DNA from: the human T2T-CHM13v2.0 reference genome, Homo sapiens
DNA length: 64,000 bases
Reading direction: 5' to 3' (one strand)
Assembly (NCBI RefSeq): GCF_009914755.1
Contig: NC_060940.1
In this document: positions 13,530 through 25,419 of the stretch, in pieces
How positions within the stretch are numbered: the stretch's first letter is position 1
How the letters are laid out: each line of letters begins with the position of its first letter
Position numbers and translations under genes: made by a program
Notes under the pieces: model-generated
Told to the model about the DNA's origin: nothing
Databases searched by the model: none
What the model saw: only the letters and a program-made list of their open reading frames with translations

Positions 13530-14400
13530 GAATGATTGCAAGTAACTAGTATCCGACTGGACCAAGTTGAAAACATAATAAAATTTATAGGCTACCGTAT
13601 CTAGGGAGAAGCTGGGAAATTTCATTGCATCAAAGAATAAGCTGAAGAAATGGGATCACCAGGAGCTGAAGTGAAGCACATGGTAGGAAAAGAATATCGC
13701 CCTCTTAATGAGATTCCACCACGTTAAAATATCAAGTTTCCAATTATCAGAACTGTCCACTGTCACCTGACCAAACCGCAAATGTCAGCCCCACTTATAT
13801 CTTCAACAGAGCATAAGGACCCTAACTGCAACAAAGCTTACCGAAGTCCCCAGCAGTCCCAACAAGCCAGCACTCCCTTAACCCCTCCCTGATAGGAACA
13901 TTTCTCAGAGCACACTTCCCTCACCGGGCCCCTTTTAAAAGCCTCAGGCTATAAGAGAAGTTTGATCCTGACCCTGCTGGCCAGAAGCCCTTCTCAAGTA
14001 TATTCTCAATAAACCTGTCTCAACTGTAGAGTCACTTTCTCTTGTCTTCTTTCCTTAATCTTTCTATCTCAACAGCAAACATCTCAAAGATCTTTGTCTC
14101 TATCAATCTCTCATCATTGTCTATTTCTAGGTTCATTCTCCAAGAATAGCTCTGTCTCTGTGCCAGAGAAGATGTTGTTATCAGCTAGAGAGTTCCATCC
14201 TCCCACTTTAATAGTGCCAGCAAAAACAGAAAACAGTTTTTCCCAATCATGTAAATACTAGAGAAGGACCCAGATTGTGCTTACTGGGCCACATACCTGC
14301 TTATTAGCCCTATCACAAGTCCTAAGAAATAGGATAAAATCCACTGGTCAGGTGAGGTTGAAAGGTAAGGTTCAAAAGCATTCAAAGGAAGACTTTTCAG
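13530..14400 (-). mobile_element. MLT1J/K-like MaLR LTR split by the ERV1 LTR at 13667-14074
   Basis: Left piece GATTGCAAGTAACTAG...AAATTTATAGGCT; right piece TTCATTCTC...AAGATG...CCATCCTCCCACTTTA...TTCCCAAT...GGACCCAGATTG...GGGCCACATACC. Confidence 0.5.
13667..14074 (+). mobile_element. ERV1-type solo LTR (family not assigned)
   Basis: TG...CA ends, TATA-like TTTTAAAA/TATAAG, GGCCAGAAGCCCTTCTCAAG...AATAAACCTGTCT and a pyrimidine-rich U5 ending in AACA. Confidence 0.7.
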
Positions 14401-14779
14401 GAAAAAACAAAACAAAACAAAAAAAACCTACCGTGGTGCATTATAACAGGCATTATGAGGTACCTGCAATTAACTGATTTTTAAATTTTTTCCTCTTGTG
14501 TAACCAGGTTCATATGCTCTTGAAGGGTGGATGTGCAATTTATCCTGCAGGGGGAGCTCAAATAATCCTCTGACTCCCCTGATGTGCCTCAAGGATAGTA
14601 GGGGCACAGTGAATCTGGAATGAGGGAGGAGATAAAGTTTTGGAGAGTTTGGAAGAGCAAGCAAAGATTTTAAAAACCTATGTTCACAGTAGAGTGCTTT
14701 GTCTTTTGAGAATTCCTCTCTTATTTTTTAGCTTTGTCCTTCGGTTTTGATCTTTTATTTTCTCGTGAAAATCAGTGCA

Positions 14780-15258
14780 CACGTATGTTTATTGTGGCAC
14801 TATTCACAATAGCAAAGACTTGGAACCAACCCAAATGTCCAACAATGATAGACTGGATTAAGAAAATGTGGCGCATATACACCGTGGAATACTATGCAGC
14901 CACAAAAAATGATGAGTCCATGTCCTTTGTAGGGACATGCATGAAGCTGGAAACCATCATTCTCAGCAAACTATTGCAAGGACAAAAAACCAAACACCGC
15001 ATGTTCTCACTCATAGGTGGGAATTGAACAATGAGAACGCATGGACACAGGAAGGGGAACATCACACACCGGGGCCTGTCGTGGGATGGGGGAAAGGGGG
15101 AGGGATAGCATTAGGAGATATACCTAATGCTAAAAGACGAGTTAATGGGTGCAGCACACCAACACGGCACATGTATACATATGTAACAAACCTGCACGTT
15201 GTGCACATGTACCCTAAAACTTAAAGTATAATAAAATAATAATAATAATAATAAAAGG
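14780..15258 (+). mobile_element. 5'-truncated L1PA (L1PA3-5-like) 3' end
   Basis: ORF2 C-terminus ([22 protein letters not shown]...SLIGGN*), 3'UTR, (AAT)n tail; TSD AAATCAGTGCA at 14769-14779 and 15259-15269; TGCA microhomology at the 5' junction. Confidence 0.97.
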
Positions 15259-16069
15259 AAATCAGTGCAAATGGTGGCAGACAGAATCTAGTTTCACTTA
15301 TGAGATTGAATGAAAACCAATATGAGGTCCGAGACAAAACAGTCATAAGGGAGACTAAGTCTGACTTTATTCTAGACCAAGAGAATGTTCATAGTATATA
15401 CAGAATCCAGACAAGTACATCAGGATAGGTGGTCCGACAGCAATGTGAGAATCAAATACCCTTCACCGATAAGATTATTTTGCCCATGGCCCCCTCCCTG
15501 GACACACATATCCTTCCAAAATATAATAGACATGGATATAATTGTTCATTTGTTCATAGATTTTAGCTACCTCTTTATCATTTCTGTTTGCATTGTTAAT
15601 ATTACTTAAAAATAGGAACTTATTAATATTTGTGTTTCCAGAAAATTTTCTAAATGTGGGCTAAGACCGAAGGCACCAACATGTAACAATTATTTCTCCT
15701 CATGGAAACTGTTGAGACTACTAAGTGGTACATATGAATTTGGGGGATCAGAATATCTGCTTGGAAGAGGCCAGGGCCCTAAAGTAAACTTAGTAACAAT
15801 TGAATAACTCCTATTTAATCCTAATTTTTATTTTAGACTTACCTGCTTGCTCTGTGGAATGTATGTCACTAGACAGAATAGAGAAGAATGTCTCTTTCTC
15901 TCTGTCTTTTTAAAAACAGCTTTATGGATGTACCATTCACATATGATAAGTTCATCCACCTAGCGTATATAATTCAGTGTTTTCTAGCATATTCACAGAT
16001 ATGAGCAACTGTCACCAGAATCAATTTTAGAATATTTTTATCACTGCAAAATGAAATCTTGTTTCCTTT

Positions 16070-17372
16070 GTTATTTTTTTTCCTGAAGAAAATACTTTAT
16101 TTCTCTTTTATACAGTTGGGAAACATATGAAAAGGTCACTCTCAGTGATTTTTATACTTTCATATGATTTCATGTTACTAATTAGCAACTTTTCATTTCA
16201 GGTTGAAGAACTCTGTTTACAATTTCTTGTCAAGCAGGTCTAGTGATGATTAACTCCTTCAGCTTTCGTTTGTCTGGGAAAATATCATTCTTTTATTTCT
16301 AAAGAACAACTTTGCAGGTAGAGTTTGCTTTATTGGTGGTTTTTCTTTTTCTTCTTCTTTTAGCATTTAAATATGTCATTCCACACTCCCCTGACCTGTA
16401 AGTATTCTGCCTAGAAATCTGCTGAAAACCTTAGACATTCCCTGGTATAAGACACATTTTTCTTCTTGCTGCTTTCAAAAGTCTCTTTTTGTCTTTGATT
16501 CTGAATAGTTTTATTATAATATGTCTTAGTTAAGTTCTATTTGGGTTTAATATTCATGGGAACATGAGTATCATGTACTGTGGTGTACCCATGGAGCTGA
16601 GATTTTGTGCATGGTTGTGCATGGAGTGACAGTGGCTCTGGGGTCAGGAGCACTGACTAGGCTGTAGTGGTGGTGGCTCCAGTTTCTGAGACAGGGTACA
16701 CACAGAACAGTTGTAGAGCCAAGTCTGTAGCACGGGCATAAACAAAGCAGCTTTGGAGCTGGGGACTGAAATGGAGACATACTCAGAACCAAATCTGCTC
16801 TGGGGTTCAGGGCATGTGTGTGTTGTGGGTGGCAGCTCTGGTCCCGGTGTACCACAACAGCAACTCTTTTGGAGGGGAGTAACAGTAGCTCTCTCTGCAG
16901 GGGTCTATGGCAGCTATGGCTGTCCATTACCTCACTGGTGAAAGCTGCTAGTATCTTCTGTGAAATAAGCCATTAAAGTTGGAGCTGACAAATACATGGG
17001 ATCCTCCACTTTAAAAGCTGTGGGAAAACCATGATGTCATGGATGCTTTTGAGGTCCTCAGCAGCAAAGGCTGCCAGGGTTATCCACAGAGCAGGTCTCT
17101 GGGAGCTGTGATGGCACCCACCACATGGCTGATACAGATCACCACCACCATTTTAATTTGTTCATAGCCATCTCCAGATCTCTCCACTAAGCGGATCTCC
17201 TGAGCAATCTATTTCTGTCTGATCATCCTCCCTTTTTTACTGTAGGTTCTTGATTGGACTCTTCAGCCCTCCTAGAGATATTTTCATTCATGGACAGCTG
17301 TCTAGTTGTTGATTTTTCTTGTCAGATGATGGTTGGTAACTTCTACTCTACCATCTTTTTGACTTCACATTG
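16070..17372 (-). mobile_element. old L1 (L1M/L1MA-type) 5'UTR + partial ORF1 + non-L1 tail retrocopy, no ORF2, 17-bp TSD
   Basis: 5' end GTGAAGTCAAAAAGATGGTAGAGTAGAAG; decayed ORF1 motifs KRLLKAARRK, RFSADF*AEYLQVRGVWNDIF, FPDKRKLKELIITRPA*QE; AATAAA (plus-strand TTTATT 16096-16101); poly(A) 16071-16081; TSD at 16053-16069 and 17373-17389. Confidence 0.8.
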
Positions 17373-17580
17373 GAAATCTCATTTCCTTTAGCTATCACCC
17401 CTTGTTCCCCATCCACCCATGTCATAAGCAACCACTAATCTACTTTCTGTCTGTATAGATCTGTCTATTCTGGACATTCATATAAATGGAATTATACAAT
17501 ATATCATCTTTTATGAATGACTTCTTCCACTTGGTATAATGTTTTCAAGATTCATCCACATTGTAGCATGTATCAGGACT

Positions 17581-17993
17581 TGTCTTAATTTGTTTTCTGT
17601 TTTTTTTTTTTATAACAGAATACCTAAAACTGGGTAATTTATTGAAAAAAGGAATTTATTTCATACAGATATGGAGGCTGAGAAGTCCAAAGTCTAGAGG
17701 CCAAATCTGGTGAGAGCCTTCTTGCTGATGCGGACTCTATGCAAAGTCCTGAAGCAGTGCAAGGTACCATATGGCCAGGGGCCTGAATGTGCTAACATGC
17801 TAGCTCAGGTCTCTCCTCTTTTTATAACGCTATCAGTTCCACTCTCTTGGTAACCCATTAATCCATAAATGAATTAGCCCATTCATGTTGGCTCTACCTC
17901 TCACTTCTTAAAGATGCCACCTTTTAATACTACCACATTGGGGATTAAATTTCAACATGAGTTTTGAAGAAGACAAATTTTCAAACCGTATCA
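17581..17993 (-). mobile_element. MST (MSTC/MSTD-like) MaLR solo LTR
   Basis: TGTCTTAATTTGTTTTCTG...TATAACAGAATACC...GGAGGCTGAGAAGTCCAA...TAACCCATTAATCC...TTTCAACATGAGTTTTG...CAAACCGTATCA; 5-bp TSD GGACT/GTACT. Confidence 0.88.
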
Positions 17994-18584
17994 GTACTTC
18001 ATTCTTTTCCTTTTTATGGCTAAATAGTACAAGATTATATGGCTAAACCAGATTTTGTTTATCCATTGATCTCTTGATGAACATTTTGGTTACTTCCACC
18101 TTTTGTATATTACAAACAATGTGGCATTAAGCATGTAATATTTATTATTAGTAATAAAGTTATTTGTAATTAAGTTACAAATTATTACTTATCCTTATTG
18201 ATAAATTGGTTATTAATAATAGATAATAAACACATGTGCAAATTTTTACGTGGACATCAGCTTTCATTTCCTATGGGTATGTACTTATTAAAATTTCTAA
18301 GTCATATGATAACTTATATGTAATCATTTGAGAAGTGCAAGATTGTTTTTGAAAGTCGTTGGGTCATTTTACATTCACAGTAGCAATATATGATTTCTCG
18401 ACATCCTCATGAACACTTGTTCCTATATGACTTTTTGATACTAGTCATCCTAGCTTTTCAGTGTCTTTAGTTTGCATTTCCCTGATAGTCAATGATATTG
18501 AGCATCTTTTTTGGTGTGCTTCTTAGCCATTTGAATATTTTCTTTGGAGAAATGTTTTTAGATCCTTTGGACACTTTCAAAAAA

Positions 18585-18753
18585 TATGTTTTAGTTTATT
18601 TTTTATTTCTTAATATTTTTTAATTGTTAAAAGAAATAGAGATACGGTATTGCTGTGTTGCCCAGGTTGGTCTCAAACCCTTTGGCTCAAGGAATCCACC
18701 CACCTTGACTTCCCAAGTACTGGGATTACAGGTTTGAGCCACCACACCTGTCC
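18585..18753 (-). mobile_element. FLAM/AluJ left monomer
   Basis: TAGAGATACGGTATTGCTGTGTTGCCCAGGTTGGTCTCAAAC...TGGGATTACAGGTTTGAGCCACCACACCTG. Confidence 0.85.
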
Positions 18754-19217
18754 CCTTTGCCCTCTTTTTCATTGAGTTATATATCTTCTTTATTACTCAC
18801 TTTTAAGTGTTTGTCATATATTCTAGATACAAGCCCCTTTTCAGATCTACAATTTACAAATATTTTTTCCCATGTTTGTGGTTTTTCTTTTCAGTTTCTT
18901 TATAGTGTCTTTTGATGCATGAAATTTATTAATTTTGAGGGAGTCCAATTTAACTTTTTTAAATTATTGCTTATGTTCTTGGTGTTGTATGTAAGAGTTC
19001 ACTGCAAAATATGGTTTTATAAGGATCTATGCCTAACTTATAAAAGTTTTATTGTTTATGCTCTAACATTTAGATCTTTGATACATTGGGGTCAGTTTTG
19101 TATGTAGTGTCCAACTTACTTTTGGCATGTGGCTATGCAGTTGACCCAGCACAATTTGTTGAAAAGACTATCTTTCCCCAATGAATTGTCAAGGGACTGT
19201 ATAAAATTAGTTGATTT

Positions 19218-19253
<36 letters not shown>

Positions 19254-19275
19254 TGTATGTATGTGTATATATATG
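19218..19275. repeat. (TA)n/(TATG)n microsatellite
   Basis: Directly visible. Confidence 0.9.
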
Positions 19276-20819
19276 TTTATTTATGTAATCTTAATTTTAT
19301 TTCATTTTTTCTATAGGTCTAGCCTTATGCCAGTACCACACTCTCTTGATTACTGTTGTGCTGTAGTAAATTTTGAAATTATAAATTTGTATTCCTCCAA
19401 CTTTGTATTCTTTTTCAAGATTGTTATTGTTTTTTTCAATTCTTTTTCAAGACTTTATCAATTCTTTTTCAAGATTGTTATTTTTTTTCAAGATGATATG
19501 TTTATCTTTTTATCTCAAAGACAGTAAAATAAAGTTGACAAACTGAGAGTATGTGCCTATTATTTCCCCCCTAGGAAATTAATAAAGAGTTCAAAATAAT
19601 CTTTCTTTTGTTTTATATAGTCATTTTGGGAACTTATCTAAAGGCTGCAAAAGCAACCCAGCCCACTCCTGAGCAATGCAAACTCTGGGACTCAAAATAA
19701 TTTGGATAAATGTAACCCGTCTACCTTTATATGGAAGCTCAGAAAAAGTGTGGACAATATCTAAAAATTGCTTGCCATAGCACCTTATAAAGAACAAATT
19801 AATTTTGAGAAATTTGGTTGGCCTAATTTTTTTTTCCAGTAAGATATATACTCTATCAATAGCCTTAATATATTTCTATGGCACATAGTTTCCAGTATAT
19901 GTTAGGTATTCATTAAGTTGTTGTTCTTAATTGCCTGAGACAGAGATTTAGGGGCAATAAGTGATAAAACATAGTATAAAAAGCAAATGAAAGTTATCCT
20001 CAGTTTTGGCAGATTTTAGAGCACAATATTGACAGATATTATAGTAAAGGGAGAAAATGGTGGCCTAAATGAAAATGGGATTGAAAGTCATGACAAATAA
20101 ATGATGGGTGAAGAAAATAAAATATTAGCTTTTGTAGGTTAAGAATAACAGTCTTCAGTGTAAAAAAGACTAGGTGTTATTACTTGAACCCCCTTTTTTC
20201 AGACACTCATACCCCCTTTTGAGTCATTAGAGTGACTTAGAAATTGAGAATTAAAATATACGAACAGGCTGATCAGGTTCATATTAGACACAGAATAATT
20301 TTATTCTAGCCTCTTCCCTAAAGAAACAATGAAAGTCTTTATTATGCTCTAATAACCATGCCAACACTACATCTCAAAATAGTTGATTATATAACTAACA
20401 CCAGTGGATTTTATTTTTATTATGTTTGACTTATTGACAGTCTAGGTAATTTATGTTGTTTATTTAATCCTGAAACATAAAACATAGCACTCTCTTACCT
20501 AAGTCTAACTGAATTTAATAATTGGCCACTATTATAATACATTTATATGACATAAATTACTGTAGATTAAACTTCTGGCATTACTGAGAATCCAAAGAAA
20601 ACACTATATTAGATAAGTAGGTATCAAAGAAGGGCAATTGGTAAGAATAAAACTAGAAATTAATGTACAACAGAGAAATTAAACAAAATTAAGAAGAATA
20701 TTTTAATGGATTATCTAAGAAATAATTTCTGAAAAAAGGCTCTAGGCTTAGAATGTTTTATTCATGAAATATTCAAACACTGAAGTCATTATCACAATGT
20801 GATATAAAATCTCTCTCAC

Positions 20820-21097
20820 AAATTTATTATATATGTATATTTAAATATACATATGTAATAAATATGTAATATATAAAATTATTATATGTATTATAATAAA
20901 AATATACATACATAAATACACAGATTAATATAATATATAATTATATATAATTAATATGTAAATTATGTATGTTATATATAATTATATATTAATGTATAAG
21001 TGTATATAATTTATATATAATTATATATTTATATTTAATATATAATATTATCAATTATATATTATATATTTTATATACATTATATAAATTTATATTT
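20820..21097. repeat. AT-rich low-complexity / degenerate (TA)n
   Basis: About 280 bp of almost pure A/T with TATATAAT-type units. Confidence 0.9.
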
Positions 21098-21784
21098 AGG
21101 GAGAGAATATATAGAGAGAAGAGTGGCAGGCTGATTCCTGTGATGTGCTAATATTTGGAGGTCAGGTAAAGAAGAGATACTTGTAAAGAAGACTGAGTAT
21201 TGACCAGAGATGATGAAGGAAACCCAACAGCAGGCAGACTTTTGTCAGCAAGGAAGACATTTTTGTCTGTTTTAAATGAGGCTATGAGATCAAGAACAGA
21301 GAGAATAATAATAAATGAATAAATTATTATATATAAAATTATTTTATTACATGAATGTAAACAGCATGAAAATAAAGCCATACAAATACCCTTAGAATTT
21401 TGATTATAGAGTTGTAAAAATATGAAATGAGACATCTGAAAATTTAATAAAATAATAATGTCAAAAATTAATCCTACTTAATTACAGAAAGTAAACTTCA
21501 GAACATAACACTATTTCAATATGAGTTAATGCATTAATCTACTATAACAAGTCAATAGAGCATTGGAGAAACAATGAGACAATTTTACTGAATAATAATA
21601 TGTAATTTATAATGTCAGTTGTTATTCATCATAAATGATAATATCTTTTCTAATTCATTTTATATAATAATGAATAATAATAACATAACAGACAGATTAA
21701 AAAATACTATTCTGGTATTTCCCTGTTTGGGGATAAGTAACTTTCCTTTGATAATCTGATATTTTTAGAAACCCTTCTTCCTAG

Positions 21785-22678
21785 GAAGAAATCAAATGGA
21801 AACACAACAGAACTTCATCAAACCAGAAAGATAAAAGGACAAAGAAAAAGAAAGAAAAAAAAACTTATAAAGCAACTTGAAAATAATCAACCATATGATA
21901 GGAGCAAAGCCTCACAAATCAATGTTAAACATAAATGTAAATGGATTAAATTGCCCCCACTTAAAAGTTACATATTGGCAGAATGAATTAGGAAAAAGAA
22001 AAGAAAAAAAAAAAAAGAAACATGATCCCACTATATACTTCCTAAAAGAAACTCACCTTACCTGTAAAGACATACATAGATTGAAAACAAAGGGGTGGAA
22101 AAAGATATCCCATGTAAACAGAAACTAAAAGTGAGCATTCAATTGAACTCATGAACATAGAGAGTAGAAGGATAGTTACCAGAAGCTAAGAAGGGTAGTG
22201 CAGGGGTGAGAGGAAGGTGGCGGTAGAGATGGTTAATTGGTACAAAAAAAAAAAAAAAAAAAAGAATGAATAAGACCTACTGTATGGGAGCGCAACAGGG
22301 AAACTATAATCAATAATAACTTAAGTCTACACTTTTAAAATAACTAAGAGTATAGTTGGATTGTTTGTATAACAAATGATAAATTCTTGAGCAGATGAAT
22401 ACCCCATTCTCCATAATGTGATTACTACGCATTGCATGTCTGTATCAAAATATTTTATGTACCCCATAAATATATACACCTACTTTATACTCACAAAAAA
22501 AAATACAAATTAAAAATGAAAAAAAACAGTAAAAAGAGACAAATAAATATATAATGACAAAGGAATCAATTTGGTAAGAGAAGGTATGAATCCTACATAT
22601 AAATGCAGCCAACATTGGAGCACCCAAATTCACAAAAGAAACATTGCTAGACCTAAAGAAAGAGATGGACAGAAATAC
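21785..22678 (+). mobile_element. old L1 (L1PB/L1MA-like) inter-ORF and ORF2 endonuclease fragment, split by an L1MA2-like insert
   Basis: MIGAKPHKSMLNINVNGLN and HDPTIYFLKETHLTCKDIHRLKTKGWKKI match the ORF2p EN N-terminus; resumes near 22522 with KTVKRDK and GCAGCCAACATTGGAGCACCCAAATT. Confidence 0.85.
22138..22521 (+). mobile_element. L1MA2-like 3' end, 5'-truncated
   Basis: CAATTGAACTCATG...AGAGTAGAAGGATAGTTACCAGA...GAATGAATAAGACCTA...GTACCCCATAAATATATACACCTAC, then A tail. Confidence 0.88.
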
Positions 22679-23735
22679 CGTTTCCTGTTGAGTAGTCTAC
22701 TCAATTACTTTGAATTGTGGTTTTGTACAGGAATTATATTATGTACTGGGAAACTGGGGTAATAGATATTCTAAAATATACTCCCAGGTAACATTCTTTA
22801 AAGCAATATTTTGTTGTTTTCAAATAAGTACCACTCCAGTAAATTAATCAGAAATAAGTTCAACTTAAAAAAATTCAATTTTTTCAAAATAATTTGTTTA
22901 TGATGTAATGAAACATATTGACTATCAATGAATTATATAAATTATCTAAAAGTAATTCTGACAAAAACTGAGCAACAGAATGTGAGTGAAGTGTTGCAGG
23001 CCTAAACATGGAATAAAAGAAGAACATGTATAAATGGAGAGAATTTGAATCTTTCTGAAAAGAAATACCCAGAACCATTAACATTTTTATATTTTTGTAT
23101 TAATTTATGGAAACTTTTCAAAATCTCCATGATTTTTGTAAAAATTAGCAAAAATGTTACCAAAAATAGAGTATTTTGAACAGAAACATTAAGGGTATTC
23201 TGAATAAGAACTTGAGAAAAGATTCCTTTTCTGTAAAAAACACACTAGAAAGTGAAAATAAAAGTTTGGACATAATGCTGAAACCTAATCAATGCAACCA
23301 AAACAAGTAGGTGTTAAAGCTTTTTTGGAAGACACAGAAATATTTATTTTTTTAAAATCGTGGGGAGAGAACTATCACCATCAATGGGAATATTGATATG
23401 TGATTGAACGAATAATCTGAAAAATTTCTACAACTTAGAGGAAACTTAGAAGATTAACTTATATTAGTCCTTCAAATTATACATCAACAGTACCTTGCTT
23501 GATTAAAAATTTGTATGTGAAAAAGATGGCATCCACGCAAGCATATAAATATAGAGAAGTACACACATTTGGGAACAATAATAGCCTTTGATAAAAGGAA
23601 TGATGAAGTTCTTAAGAAACATTATACTTGGATAGAGGGATGAAATGCTAAAAATGTAATATTAGCAGAAAAATCACACACATGGAAAAATGCAAGCATA
23701 ATGAGAAAGAAGTAATGCGGTAAATTGAAGCACTA

Positions 23736-23879
23736 GGGTGTATCACAAGGTCAGGAGGTCGAGACCATCCTGGCTAATACAGTGAAACACCGTCTCTACT
23801 AAAAATACAAAAATTAGCTGGGCGTGGTGGCACACACCTGTAATCCCAGCTACTGAGGGGGCTGAGGCAGGAGAATCAC
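23736..23879 (+). mobile_element. Alu internal fragment (AluSc/Y-like), truncated at both ends
   Basis: GGGTGTATCACAAGGTCAGGAGGTCGAGACCATCCTGGCTAA...GGCTGAGGCAGGAGAATCAC, then (CA)n; no 3' end or poly(A). Confidence 0.9.
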
Positions 23880-24442
23880 ACACACACAAATATATACAAA
23901 AAACTCATCAGCAGATACATGTAATATTATATTTGTTATTGTGAATAGTCCACACATAGTTGTATCTTCACTGGCTATGTCTAGGCTTTGTGAATATAGA
24001 TTTTTCTTCCCTACTCCTTATTTTTATTTCTGTTATAAATTTCCTATTGTTCCTATTGGTTTTAAACTTCAGGCCTGTGACTTTATGAGTGTCTAGTGTT
24101 TCCATGAATGAGCTTCACTGTCCCTAGAGACTTCTTGAAAATGAAGTTGTATAGAAAGACTTATTCAACATATACCTTCTCCTAACACAGCAGCACAATT
24201 TCTACTAGAATAGGAAAATAAAAAAGTTTATTTTCCAGTCATCTTCTTCTTCCTCTGTCCATTTAAATGAGCTTTACCTTTGAGTATGATTTTGAGTCAT
24301 GTTTATAATGTGGAATTTACCATGTAGACAGGAGAAAGGAAGAGGCGAGAATAGAGAAGCAGGAAGAAATGCAAAGAGACAGTAAAAGATAAGTTCTGTG
24401 TAGGCTGGCAATTCAAGGAAAGAGACAGTGAATGCCCGCCTA

Positions 24443-24877
<435 letters not shown>

Positions 24878-25071
24878 TTAATATTCTTTAACAGATATGA
24901 GGTGTATTTGGAATTTTTCTATTATTATTTTTATTTTCTGGACTCTACTTTTTTATGTAATACCACGCTGTGCCAGATTAGAAAGCATGTGAACTGGAAT
25001 TTACTGGGGATACAAGTATTTATCTGATAGAAAGGTCTATATAGGTTTTATTAGGCTTTCAAAAATATTTC

Positions 25072-25212
25072 TTGGTATGGTGGTACGTGCCTATAGTCCT
25101 AGCTACTTAGGAAACTGAGGTGGGGGGATTGTTTGGGCCCAGGTGTTTGATTCCAGTTTGGATAGCATAGTGGTACCCTGTCTCCACCAAAAACAACAAC
25201 AACAAAAAACAA
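25072..25212 (+). mobile_element. FLAM_A-like Alu monomer
   Basis: GGTGGTACGTGCCTATAGTCCTAGCTAC...GGATTGTTTGGGCCCAGG...CATAGTGGTACCCTGTCTC, then (CAA)n tail. Confidence 0.8.
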
Positions 25213-25419
25213 GTAATACAAGTGCTGTTAGTTTGAAAGTGATGATCTCATGTACCTCCATTGCATTTATGATCAGAGGGAAACACTACTATGTAGAATA
25301 AATTTCCAGAGGCATTTTCTTAGTGTTGATCACCCCATCTATCTTTTTGCTTTTAGAATTTTATTAGGACGGTAATGCAGTCTTAGAGTTTTATCTTCAA
25401 CTGCATCTAATGCCTTCTA

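Larger units (their letters stand above)
15907..19440 (-). mobile_element. L1MB-like 3' portion, interrupted by three later insertions and a (TA)n tract
   Basis: 3' end AAAACAGCTTTAT...AATTTTAGAATATTTTTATCACT; resumes at 17373 (GCAACCACTAATCTACTTTCTGTC), 17994 and 18754 (...TTGACCCAGCACAATTTGTTGAAAAGACT...GCCAGTACCACAC). Confidence 0.85.

Noticed and set aside
20820-21097. AT-rich block as a satellite or structured element
   Set aside because: No consistent period; it is degenerate (TA)n low complexity.
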